64,000 bases of DNA. Source: an uncultured delta proteobacterium. Its GTDB lineage: Bacteria > Desulfobacterota > Desulfobacteria > Desulfobacterales > B30-G6. A model generated the notes under the pieces. The model was not told the DNA's origin. It searched no databases and was given only the letters and a program-made list of their open reading frames with translations. The position numbers and the translations under genes were made by a program. The stretch is from contig CAWGLD010000001.1 of the NCBI GenBank assembly GCA_963823335.1, forward strand, positions 1,280,001-1,344,000, read 5' to 3'. Shown piece by piece: positions 39,939 through 48,918 of this stretch; position 1 is the stretch's first letter; each line of letters starts with the position of its first letter.

Positions 39939-41672
39939 GTGAAAGTAATCATTGCCAAAACTGCTGGATTTTGCATGGGTGTTCGCAGGGCTGTGGAGAT
40001 TGTCCTCGATACGGCCCACCAGCAAGGTGCCCCCGTCCGAACCTTCGGTCCGCTGATTCACAATCCACAGGTACTCACTCTTTTTGAAGAAAAGGGGATA
40101 AAGACCGAACAATCCGTTCCGGAAAGTGGAACAGGATCCATTCTCATAAGAGCCCATGGTGTGCCGCCCGGTATCAAGTCATCGCTGGCGTCTGCCGGTT
40201 TCAACGTAATAGATGCCACGTGTCCACGGGTCATCAAAGTTCAAACCATTATTCGAAAGCATGCCCAGAAAGGCTACGCATCCATTATTATCGGGGACAA
40301 GGATCACCCGGAGGTTGTGGGGCTGTTAGGCTATGCGGGAGACCGGGGATATATAGCGGACAATCTCCAGGCCTTGAACGAACTTCCCAAATTTGAAAAA
40401 GCCATCATTGTGGCCCAGACCACCCAGAATGTACGTCTTTTTGATGATGTCAGGACATGGGCCTCCGAGCGATATCCCCACTATAAAGTTTTTGATACCA
40501 TTTGTGATTCGACAGAAAGGCGGCAGGCGGAAGTCCTGCGCCTTGCCGACCTGGTGGATGCAATTATTGTTGTCGGTGGACACAACAGTGGTAATACACA
40601 GCGATTGTCCGAAATCGCCAGGCAGACGGGAAAACAGGTATACCACATCGAAACCGAATCCGAACTTGATCTGGAGGCACTTTCCTCGGTCGCGTGTGTC
40701 GGCATTACTGCCGGTGCCAGCACGCCGAACTGGATCATTAAACGAGTTTACCGCAAACTTGAAACACTGCCGGTCAAGGGCACATTTTCCTGGCAGAAAT
40801 CGGTCTATCTTCTCAAGCGATCCCTGATATTGACCAATATTATGGTTGCTGTCGGAGCAGGGTCTCTCTGTTTTGCCTGTGCAAGATTACAGGGAATCGA
40901 ATTCTTTTATCCGCAGATACTCATTGCTGCACTATATGTTCAGTCCATGCACATCCTGAACCACCTGATGGGAAGACAATCGGATCGCTTCAATGATCCG
41001 GAACGGTCTGAGTTTTACATCCGTTACCGTTCGCTGCTGTCGATTCTGGCCATGGCAGCCGGTGGCGCCGGGTTATTGACAGCCTACAGTATGGGATGGA
41101 TACCATTTCTGATTCTTCTGGCCATGAGCCTTCTAGGTTTTTCCTATAATTTGAAACTGGTACCCCCTTGGTTCCCTATGCAGTTGAAATACAAGCGGAT
41201 AAGGGAAATTCCGGGATCGAAAACCATTCTAATTGCGGTGGCATGGGGTATTGTCAGCGCCATATTTCCATCATTTGAAAAGAGGGGCGGTTTTGATCTA
41301 TCCATCCTGCTGACGTTTTTCTGGGCAACGCTTTTTGTGTTCGTGAGAACGGCGTTTTTCGATGTTCTGGACATGCAGGGGGATAGAATTGCTGGCAAGG
41401 AAACCCTGCCCCTCCTCATGGGCGAAAAACGAACCTTGCGGGTTTTGAAGCTGCTGCTTCTGATTTTGGCGGCGATTCTCATTCTGGCGAGCGCTTCCGG
41501 AATCTTCAACCATCTTGGTTTTGGCCTGGCTATCTGCCCTGTCCTGATGTTATGCGTTATTCTGGCCAATGAAAAAGAATTGATGCTGCCCGGTGTTCAT
41601 CTGGAATTCTTGATTGAATCTCATTTTGTTTTGGCAGGCATTATCGCTCTTTTCTGGTCGATGCTGGCCTAA
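39939..41672 (+). CDS. ispH: 4-hydroxy-3-methylbut-2-enyl diphosphate reductase fused to a UbiA-like membrane domain
   Basis: AGFCMGVRRA, RAHGV, DATCPRV, TICDST, TAGASTP; C-terminal multi-TM domain with DVLDMQGD..GKETLP; GTG start. Confidence 0.9.
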   Translation: MKVIIAKTAGFCMGVRRAVEIVLDTAHQQGAPVRTFGPLIHNPQVLTLFEEKGIKTEQSVPESGTGSILIRAHGVPPGIKSSLASAGFNVIDATCPRVIKVQTIIRKHAQKGYASIIIGDKDHPEVVGLLGYAGDRGYIADNLQALNELPKFEKAIIVAQTTQNVRLFDDVRTWASERYPHYKVFDTICDSTERRQAEVLRLADLVDAIIVVGGHNSGNTQRLSEIARQTGKQVYHIETESELDLEALSSVACVGITAGASTPNWIIKRVYRKLETLPVKGTFSWQKSVYLLKRSLILTNIMVAVGAGSLCFACARLQGIEFFYPQILIAALYVQSMHILNHLMGRQSDRFNDPERSEFYIRYRSLLSILAMAAGGAGLLTAYSMGWIPFLILLAMSLLGFSYNLKLVPPWFPMQLKYKRIREIPGSKTILIAVAWGIVSAIFPSFEKRGGFDLSILLTFFWATLFVFVRTAFFDVLDMQGDRIAGKETLPLLMGEKRTLRVLKLLLLILAAILILASASGIFNHLGFGLAICPVLMLCVILANEKELMLPGVHLEFLIESHFVLAGIIALFWSMLA

Positions 41673-41704
41673 CTGAAAGCCATAAGCCATGGACTATCAG
41701 CAGC

Positions 41705-42331
41705 TTATCGCTTATTCTTCCAGATGGTGGGCTCGGCGCCATGTACCAGTCGTACGATGTTTTGCTTGTGTCGATAGATAATCAGTATGGTGACCATGGA
41801 AGCGCAAACGGTAAACACCGCTGAATGGGTTGTGTGCCAAATTGAAATTGGCAGAACCGCAGCACCCGACAAGGATGCCATGGAAGCCTTGTTTGAGATG
41901 CAGGCCGCCATGACAAAGACCAGCAGTGTGACCAGGGCGGAAAAAGGAGATACAATCAGAAAGCACCCCCATGCCGTGGCCACGCCTTTTCCGCCACCTT
42001 GCCAGCCAAGATAGAGGGGATAAAGATGTCCTGTAAATGCGGATATCGCAATCAGGGATATATAAACCTGGTTCCATGAATTTTCAGGGCTTTCCATCAG
42101 GTGAAGGGCAATAAATACTGGTAGAGCGCCCTTGAACACATCCAGAAAAAGTGTCAGCAGGCCCAGTCTGGCACCGGCAATACGCAGGACATTGGTTGCT
42201 CCGATATTCCCACTTCCCTTGTGACGGATGTCCTGATTGCAGAAAAGAATCGATAGAACGAGTCCAAATGGGATAGAACCGAGCAGATAGGCCAGGAAAA
42301 AGAGTCCGCCATATTTAAGAGCTTCGATCAT
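41705..42331 (-). CDS. plsY: Glycerol-3-phosphate acyltransferase
   Basis: YLLGSIPFG, GSGNIGATN, GGKGVAT, RHKQNI.RL. Confidence 0.93.
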   Translation of the reverse strand: MIEALKYGGLFFLAYLLGSIPFGLVLSILFCNQDIRHKGSGNIGATNVLRIAGARLGLLTLFLDVFKGALPVFIALHLMESPENSWNQVYISLIAISAFTGHLYPLYLGWQGGGKGVATAWGCFLIVSPFSALVTLLVFVMAACISNKASMASLSGAAVLPISIWHTTHSAVFTVCASMVTILIIYRHKQNIVRLVHGAEPTIWKNKR

Positions 42332-42765
42332 TGCACGAGAAAGAGGATGCTTTCCATGGCATGACCATCCGCTCTCAGCACTTCCACCATCCAGTCCCCG
42401 AGTTCGTTGGGGGTGATTTGTTTTGAACTCCAGGTACGCCACGATGCTGAGTTGACCGGGAGTGTCACCGAGGATTTCAACTTGCCGTTCAAATACCAGT
42501 GATGAATGATTGCCGTATCTGCTTTAGCGCCCACAACCTTTGTAAAGCAGTAGAGTCGTTCAATACCTGCAGGGAAAACAGAACTCCTGCCAATCGGCAC
42601 TCTATTCACGATATTTCGACAAATAGCAGCCTCTTCCAACTGGATTTCCATGCCTGATGTTTCTTGTGCCGGCAGTTCCGCCGCGAATAGGAACGGGAGC
42701 AGGGTCATGCCCATACATATCAGGGTGAAAAAAAAACAGTTTATTTGTCGCATAGTTGCCTCCAA
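42328..42765 (-). CDS. Secreted DUF2914-like protein
   Basis: Signal peptide, LYCFT, HHWY, WRTWSSK, GDW.VEV. Confidence 0.75.
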   Translation of the reverse strand: MEATMRQINCFFFTLICMGMTLLPFLFAAELPAQETSGMEIQLEEAAICRNIVNRVPIGRSSVFPAGIERLYCFTKVVGAKADTAIIHHWYLNGKLKSSVTLPVNSASWRTWSSKQITPNELGDWMVEVLRADGHAMESILFLVQ

Positions 42766-42802
42766 CGGTTTTATATACTCCGGGTCTCCATGGATCAGGT
42801 TG

Positions 42803-43288
42803 TTAGTTCAGCGTTTTTAGTACAGCTGCCGCGGTCTTTTTATCCATCCTTACCAGGACATAATAATAATGGGGCGGGCCATAATCTCCGCACGGGTCAT
42901 ACCAGCGTTCGATAATTTCCGTGTAGTTGAGTTCCGTGTCGGATAATACATCGATAAGCTGGCTTGAATACTGACCCCGGGTTGTGTTGATCATCATGTC
43001 CTGGCTCGATACATGCGAGAAGATGGTACGCCCGAGTTCGGCCCGTCCCCGGTTTCCTGCCTGAATCCATGCGTCATTGACATTCCTGGTTTGTCCTGAA
43101 ATACCAACAGCGTAAAAATAGGTATCATCATGTGGTGTGGAGATTAACCAGACAGGAACCTCCCTGGAGTCACACGTTTGTGTCGATGCACAGCCAAATG
43201 TAAGCAGAAACACGAACATGCAGCATCCGATTTGAAGTATCCAGCTGTTCTGGCAGATCATACGTTCCTCGCAGGGTAGAAAACACAA
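42803..43288 (-). CDS. Lipoprotein, LPP20-like (start uncertain)
   Basis: Lipobox TFGC, P.W, YAVG.S, A..RGRAEL. Confidence 0.6.
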   Translation of the reverse strand: MCFLPCEERMICQNSWILQIGCCMFVFLLTFGCASTQTCDSREVPVWLISTPHDDTYFYAVGISGQTRNVNDAWIQAGNRGRAELGRTIFSHVSSQDMMINTTRGQYSSQLIDVLSDTELNYTEIIERWYDPCGDYGPPHYYYVLVRMDKKTAAAVLKTLN

Positions 43289-43464
43289 GATTCGTTGAAA
43301 AAAACAGAGTGTTCTGTGCAGACGCGATGCTGAAAACCATAGTATAAATGACCTGGTTTATCAAGACCCCTTTATCCAAGAATCTCGCCGCAAGTTCCGA
43401 TAAATGTTCCACCGTGCGGCAGTGATTGGCAACGACAGTGGGGAAATTTGTATAAAGATCGGTT

Positions 43465-43493
43465 TTGACATTCACCGACATCGTTCTTAGGAT
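43465..43493 (+). promoter_or_regulatory. Sigma70-type promoter of the small Cys-rich gene
   Basis: TTGACA-N17-TAGGAT. Confidence 0.65.
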
Positions 43494-43531
43494 AGGGTTG
43501 TACTGTTCAAACCCGGTGAGGAGGATATCAG

Positions 43532-43705
43532 ATGCCCTTCATTACCCTTCCAGATATCAACGGCAAGATCTATATACCGAAACAGAATGCCTTGTCTCTG
43601 AAAAAGCATTCATGCAGTAATTGTTTCTCCTGCCAGATGTGCAGCGATGATCGCTGTGGTCTCTGTCTTGCCGAGGAGACAGGTGAAAAGCCCGAGGCGG
43701 AATAA
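43532..43705 (+). CDS. 57-aa Cys-rich protein (below the ORF-track cutoff)
   Basis: GAGGAGG RBS; MPFITLPDINGKIYIPKQNALSLKKHSCSNCFSCQMCSDDRCGLCLAEETGEKPEAE*. Confidence 0.8.
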   Translation: MPFITLPDINGKIYIPKQNALSLKKHSCSNCFSCQMCSDDRCGLCLAEETGEKPEAE

Positions 43706-43731
43706 AACCGTGTAAAAAATTCTATTGAGAC

Positions 43732-43775
43732 TTGACATGTGTTCCCTTAATCGTTTATCGTCGTTTTACGATTAA
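43732..43775 (+). promoter_or_regulatory. arsR-hgcAB promoter with overlapping palindromic operator
   Basis: TTGACA-N18-TATCGT; ttaatcgt...acgattaa and inner atcgt-N6-acgat palindromes cover the -10/+1 region. Confidence 0.65.
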
Positions 43776-43837
43776 TCATGGGTACTGGTAACTCCCAAGA
43801 TTTGGCTGCACCGGCATCCCAAAGCCCGAGAATTTTT

Positions 43838-43895
43838 TTGAACTGCGACAGCGGGCGCTAACTCATTGCCTGCCGCGGGGTTCGTGAGCGAATCT
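43838..43895. repeat. REP-like dispersed repeat, copy 3 (degenerate)
   Basis: ttgaactgcgacagcgggcgc...cctgccgcggggttcgtgagcgaatc aligns with copies 1 and 2. Confidence 0.6.
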
Positions 43896-43898
43896 GAG

Positions 43899-44165
43899 AT
43901 GGAAGCAGAACAATTTTCAAAAATATGCAAGGCCCTGGGCCATCCGGCCCGGGTTCGAATCATTGATTATCTGAAGGAAGCTGATACATGCATTTGTGGC
44001 GAGATAGTTAACCTTTTGCCCCTGGCCCAGTCAACGGTGAGCCAGCATCTGAAAATTTTGAAGGAATCCGGACTGGTAAAAGGTGAAATAGAAGGTCCCC
44101 GAACCTGCTACTGCCTGGACCGGACCCTGATGGATTTATTCAAATACAAGGTAAATGATTTATAA
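43899..44165 (+). CDS. arsR: ArsR/SmtB-family metalloregulator
   Basis: KALGHPAR, CICGE, LAQSTVSQHLKILK, CYC; TAATG overlap with hgcA. Confidence 0.9.
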   Translation: MEAEQFSKICKALGHPARVRIIDYLKEADTCICGEIVNLLPLAQSTVSQHLKILKESGLVKGEIEGPRTCYCLDRTLMDLFKYKVNDL

Positions 44166-45367
44166 TGCCAACGGAAAATCAGAATGACAACCTGTGCTGT
44201 GACCCCGCCAAAACGCCCCGTGTTAATGAAGGGCTAACAGAAATGCTACCCATTTACAGGGAAGGACCGCCAGATGAGGCTTGCTGCGGCCCACCACCAG
44301 GTCCTGCCAGCAGTCGATTTGAAAAACCGGGCTATCGTCTATGTGATTTCGTTGAAGGATTCATGGAGACCCCGACGGGGTCGGTGCCAAGAATAAAAAC
44401 GAGCCCTGAGAGATGGGATCTTCTCGGGAACATCATGGTTCGTCTGGGGATCAACAGAGGTCAGTATAAGGTGGCGCCCGGGCTTTACAGTATCGGTGAT
44501 GTCACGCCGCTGTCACCTGTTCTGGTAACGGCAAACTATAAGCTCACCTTCGATCTGCTGCGTCAGGACCTTCAGGGAGAATCTGCCTGGGTCCTGGTAT
44601 TGGATACCAGGGGCATCAATGTCTGGTGTGCGGCCGGTAAAAAAACATTTTCCACCGCTGAAGTGATTCACAGGGTCAAACAGACCCGTCTGCAGGAAGT
44701 CGTTAGCCACCGAAGACTGATTTTACCCCAATTATCGGCAACGGGTGTTTCAGGTAAACTGGTAACCAAAGGTTGCGGTTTCAGGGTGACCTGGGGACCG
44801 ATTCGGACAAAGGATATCAAGCCCTTTTTAAGGGCAGGTTTGAAGGCCGATAAAGCCATGCGGCGGGTGACATTTGGATTTGTGGAACGACTGATACTCG
44901 TGCCTGTCGAGCTGACCTTACTGCGCAAATATCTTTTGTGGATTTTTTTGGCGGGCTTTATCCTTTCAGGTGTTGGTCCTGGTCTTTTTTCCATCGGTCC
45001 GGCCTGGAGCCGCGGACTCGTCCTGATCGCAGCATGTGCTGTCGGGGTATTTTCGGGCGCCGTGGCGGTGCCGGTGCTGCTGCCCTGGGTACCTGGCAGG
45101 GCCTTTGCAGTCAAAGGTGTCATCATTGGGGTATTAACGGGTGCCGGTATGGTACTGGTGTTGGGAAAGTCGATCACCGTTGTGGAAGCAACGGCCATGA
45201 TTCTTTTGATCGGAGCTGTCAGTTCATATTTGGCCATGAATTTTACCGGGTCGACACCCTATACCTCCCCTTCGGGTGTAGAAAAGGAGATGCGGAAAGC
45301 CATGCCCTTTCAGGTCTTGGCGATAATTCTGTCCATTGCGGGCTGGGTTGGCTCGGTGTTTATTTAG
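44165..45367 (+). CDS. hgcA: Mercury methylation corrinoid protein HgcA
   Basis: Cap-helix GINVWCAAGK, VTANYKLTFD, LILPQL, C-terminal TM domain with MNFTGSTPYTSPSGVEKEM. Confidence 0.96.
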   Translation: MPTENQNDNLCCDPAKTPRVNEGLTEMLPIYREGPPDEACCGPPPGPASSRFEKPGYRLCDFVEGFMETPTGSVPRIKTSPERWDLLGNIMVRLGINRGQYKVAPGLYSIGDVTPLSPVLVTANYKLTFDLLRQDLQGESAWVLVLDTRGINVWCAAGKKTFSTAEVIHRVKQTRLQEVVSHRRLILPQLSATGVSGKLVTKGCGFRVTWGPIRTKDIKPFLRAGLKADKAMRRVTFGFVERLILVPVELTLLRKYLLWIFLAGFILSGVGPGLFSIGPAWSRGLVLIAACAVGVFSGAVAVPVLLPWVPGRAFAVKGVIIGVLTGAGMVLVLGKSITVVEATAMILLIGAVSSYLAMNFTGSTPYTSPSGVEKEMRKAMPFQVLAIILSIAGWVGSVFI

Positions 45368-45375
45368 GAGAGCTT

Positions 45376-45666
45376 ATGGAAAAATTCAGATACCTTTCTC
45401 ATGTGAGCACCCTCAATCTCGATCCTGAGGCCTGCACCGGTTGTGGAACTTGTGAACTCGTCTGCCCTCACGGTGTCTTTGAAGTAAGAGCTCACAAAGC
45501 AGGGATTGTGGACAAAGACGGGTGTATGGAATGCGGAGCCTGTGCGACCAATTGCCCGGTGGATGCCATCACTGTCAATCCAGGGGTTGGATGTGCTGCA
45601 TATATTGTTCAAACGTGGATCAAAGGCAAAACGAAAGCCTCCTGTGGAGGTGTTGATTGCTGTTAG
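45376..45666 (+). CDS. hgcB: Mercury methylation ferredoxin HgcB
   Basis: CTGCGTCELVCPH, CMECGACATNCP, GVGCA, terminal CC; AGGAG RBS. Confidence 0.95.
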   Translation: MEKFRYLSHVSTLNLDPEACTGCGTCELVCPHGVFEVRAHKAGIVDKDGCMECGACATNCPVDAITVNPGVGCAAYIVQTWIKGKTKASCGGVDCC

Positions 45667-45983
45667 ACCACACCCACCTCCGGCTAAACAGCGAGGTTAC
45701 CGCCATAGGAGGGGCGTATGCCTTTTTAAAAGAAAGTAGCCTCCGGATTCAAGAAAAGACCATCCTGTATTACATCGGCTGTGCCGTGCTGAACAGCACC
45801 TGTTGCGGCACGGGTGGTGTCTGCTTTGCGAGGGTACCCGGCGTTGTTCATGATCTGAAATACAAAACAGATGATGACGGTGCACCCATCTCCCGCGTCG
45901 AACCCATCACGGATAAAACTGTTCAAAAAGAAGTCAGCAAGATTCTTCAAGATACGGAAATGGTACACCAGGTTGAATTCTAA
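45657..45983 (+). CDS. Hypothetical protein with a CCG motif, coupled to hgcB
   Basis: GGAGGT RBS and TTG start inside the hgcB 3' end; GCAVLNSTCCGTGGVCFARVPG. Confidence 0.75.
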   Translation: MLLDHTHLRLNSEVTAIGGAYAFLKESSLRIQEKTILYYIGCAVLNSTCCGTGGVCFARVPGVVHDLKYKTDDDGAPISRVEPITDKTVQKEVSKILQDTEMVHQVEF

Positions 45984-46086
45984 ATCCTTAGGATTTCCAG
46001 CTTGAGTCTTAAATCCCTATAGGTTAAAAAGAGCTTGATCCTATTCTCTTAGAAATATTCATGCAACGTTCAGGTATCAAGAACAT

Positions 46087-47109
46087 ATGGAAATAAAACG
46101 GCGTCTCATATACATTATTTTTGCGATATTCTGTGTCATCTGGGCGGGGAGTTTTGGGTATTACTTCATATTTAAGGCACAATACGGCTTTATGACCTGT
46201 CTTTACATGACGGTCATTTCCCTGACGACAGTGGGGTATGGTGAGGTCATTGAAGTCACTGGAAATCTCTCAGCCGAGATTTTTACCATGATCCTTATTA
46301 CCTTTGGAATGGGAATTATTTTGTACGGAATCAGTACCTTGACTGCTATTATCATCGAAGGTGAACTTTCCGGAATATTGAGGAAAAAAAGAATGGAAAA
46401 AAAAATTCAGAAGCTAAAGGATCATTATATTGTCTGCGGGGGCGGGCAAACCGGTCGTCCGGTGTTGGCTGAAATGATTATCAACGCGGAGCCCGTGGTT
46501 CTCATCGAACAAAGTGAAGAGATTATCGAGCGGTGTAAAGCTATCTGGGAAGACCTGCTGTATGTGATGGGAGATGCCTCGGATGACGTGAATTTAAAAG
46601 CTGCCGGGATTGAAAACGCCAAAGGCATTATCATCAGCCTGGCGTCGGACAAGGATAATCTGTTCACAACCATGAGTGCGCGGATGCTAAACAGCAGAAT
46701 CCGGATTATCAGTCGAACCACCGATGCCGCACTCGAAGCCAAGATGCGGCGGGCCGGCGCCAACGGCATTGTATCACCCAATTACATCGGGGCTCTGCGA
46801 ATGGCTTCCGAGATGATCCGGCCTGCTGCCGTCGATTTTCTGGACAGCATGCTGCGCAGCAGCCGGGGAAATTTACGGATTCATGAAATCAGCATTGCCG
46901 AGAAATCCCCGTTGCTGGAAAAGAATATTATGGCTGCAGGGTTAAAAGAGAAATTTGATCTTCTGGTGCTGGGAATTAAAAACAAAAACAAGGAAATCGA
47001 GTTTAATCCTGACCCGACACGGATACTGGCATCCGGCGAAACGCTCATCGTGATGGGAGAGGTGGAGAATATTACCAGGGTTCGACACAAATACTATAAA
47101 CCGGCCTAA
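46087..47109 (+). CDS. Potassium channel with RCK (TrkA-N/C) domains
   Basis: TTVGYGE selectivity filter, HYIVCGGGQTG, GDA. Confidence 0.92.
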   Translation: MEIKRRLIYIIFAIFCVIWAGSFGYYFIFKAQYGFMTCLYMTVISLTTVGYGEVIEVTGNLSAEIFTMILITFGMGIILYGISTLTAIIIEGELSGILRKKRMEKKIQKLKDHYIVCGGGQTGRPVLAEMIINAEPVVLIEQSEEIIERCKAIWEDLLYVMGDASDDVNLKAAGIENAKGIIISLASDKDNLFTTMSARMLNSRIRIISRTTDAALEAKMRRAGANGIVSPNYIGALRMASEMIRPAAVDFLDSMLRSSRGNLRIHEISIAEKSPLLEKNIMAAGLKEKFDLLVLGIKNKNKEIEFNPDPTRILASGETLIVMGEVENITRVRHKYYKPA

Positions 47110-47270
47110 AATCCAAATTTTATGCAGGCTTCTAATCTTTTCAGTCTGAACGTTAAACCCTCACTCCTGCTCCTCATCAAGTGCAGGATAAACTGCGGTG
47201 GGCGTCCAGAAAAACAACGATAGGTTTCCACTATCTATACAGTATTCAGAATAGTATGGAAAATTAAGGT

Positions 47271-48830
47271 ATGCCCGCAAAAGACTTGATACTGGCCATC
47301 GACAACGGCACCCAGAGTTTGAAAGCGATTGTTTTCGATGGAGAAGGCACCCTGCTGGCCAAAGAACAGGTGAGTTTCGAGCCCTATTTTTCGAAAAAAC
47401 CCGGCTGGGCTGAGCAGGATCCCGAGGTGTTCTGGAATGCGCTCTGTCAGGCGTGCCAGGCCCTTTGGAAACAGGAGGGTCAGTTCCGGGAACGCATAGC
47501 AGGCGTTGCACTTACCACCCAGAGGGGCACGGTCATCAATGTCGACAAAAAGGGCACACCCCTGCGACCGGCCATTTTGTGGCTCGATCAGCGGAAGACA
47601 CATGGCTTGCCGTTCATGGGCGGCCCCTGGGGGCTCCTGTTCAGGCTGGCCAGGCTTAACGAGACCATTGCCTATTTCCAGGCGGAGGCCGAAGCCAACT
47701 GGATCCATGCCTACCAACCGGGCCTTTGGGGAAGCACCCACAAATACCTGCTTCTTTCCGGATTTCTCACCCACAGACTTACCGGAAAGTTCGTTGATTC
47801 CATAGGGTGTCAGGTCGGATATATTCCCTTCGATTACCGGCACATGCGCTGGGCGTCTTCCTGGGACTGGAAATGGCGGTGTCTTCCCATTAAAAGAGAA
47901 ATGCTGCCGGATCTGGTGCTACCCGGTCAGGTGCTGGGCACTATCACCAGCGCAGCATCGTTAGAAACAGGAATTCCCGGGGATCTCCCCCTGATTGCCG
48001 CCGCCGCCGATAAAGCCTGTGAGGTTATCGGGTCAGGAAGCCTCGATTCTTCCGTGGGGTGTCTCAGCTATGGCACCACTGCAACCATCAACGTCACGCA
48101 TAAAAAATATATTGAGCCCATAGCACTATTGCCGGCTTATCCATCGGCCGTTCCCGGGTATCACACCGTGGAAGTCCAGGTTTTCAGGGGCTATTGGATG
48201 GTCAACTGGTTCAAGGAGGAATTCGGCCATCCCGAGCGACGGGAAGCCAGGAAAACGGGCCTGACACCGGAGACCTTGTTTGAGAACCTGCTGGAGGATA
48301 TTCCACCCTGCTCCATGGGACTGGTTCTGCAACCCTACTGGACACCGGGGCTGAAATCTCCAGGACCGGAAGCCAAGGGGGCTATTATCGGGTTTGGAGA
48401 TATTCACACCCGGGCCCACCTCTATCGCGCCATTATCGAGGGCCTGGCCTATGCCATGCGGGAGGGCAAGGAACGGATCGAGAAACGCAGCCGCACATCC
48501 GTCAACAGCCTGCGTGTCTCCGGGGGTGGCTCCCAGAGTCACAACGCTCTGCAGCTCACAGCAGATGTCTTTGGCCTGCCGACAGGGAAACCGCATGTTT
48601 ATGAAACGTCCGGTCTTGGAGCCGCCATCGATGCGGCCGTTGGCCTCGGGTTTCATGACAGCTTTGTATCCGCCGTCAAAGCCATGACGCGTGTGGGGGA
48701 GGTGTTCGAGCCCGATCCGAAAACACACCAGATGTACGATGAGCTCTACCACGAGGTCTATAAAAAGATGTACAAGCATCTGAAGCCACTTTACGAACGC
48801 ATTCGCAAGATTACCGGTTATCCAGGATAA
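47271..48830 (+). CDS. FGGY-family carbohydrate kinase
   Basis: [32 protein letters not shown]. Confidence 0.9.
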   Translation: MPAKDLILAIDNGTQSLKAIVFDGEGTLLAKEQVSFEPYFSKKPGWAEQDPEVFWNALCQACQALWKQEGQFRERIAGVALTTQRGTVINVDKKGTPLRPAILWLDQRKTHGLPFMGGPWGLLFRLARLNETIAYFQAEAEANWIHAYQPGLWGSTHKYLLLSGFLTHRLTGKFVDSIGCQVGYIPFDYRHMRWASSWDWKWRCLPIKREMLPDLVLPGQVLGTITSAASLETGIPGDLPLIAAAADKACEVIGSGSLDSSVGCLSYGTTATINVTHKKYIEPIALLPAYPSAVPGYHTVEVQVFRGYWMVNWFKEEFGHPERREARKTGLTPETLFENLLEDIPPCSMGLVLQPYWTPGLKSPGPEAKGAIIGFGDIHTRAHLYRAIIEGLAYAMREGKERIEKRSRTSVNSLRVSGGGSQSHNALQLTADVFGLPTGKPHVYETSGLGAAIDAAVGLGFHDSFVSAVKAMTRVGEVFEPDPKTHQMYDELYHEVYKKMYKHLKPLYERIRKITGYPG

Positions 48831-48918
48831 AAAGGGATATCCTGTTACCCTCGGGTGCAGCGGATGCCCTTTTCATTTTATACTTTACAAAAAGTATATC
48901 GTGACATAATTTTTTATC

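Noticed and set aside
44938-45375. 146-aa N-terminal extension of HgcB in the ORF track
   Set aside because: Overlaps hgcA out of frame; the real start is ATG 45376 with an AGGAG RBS
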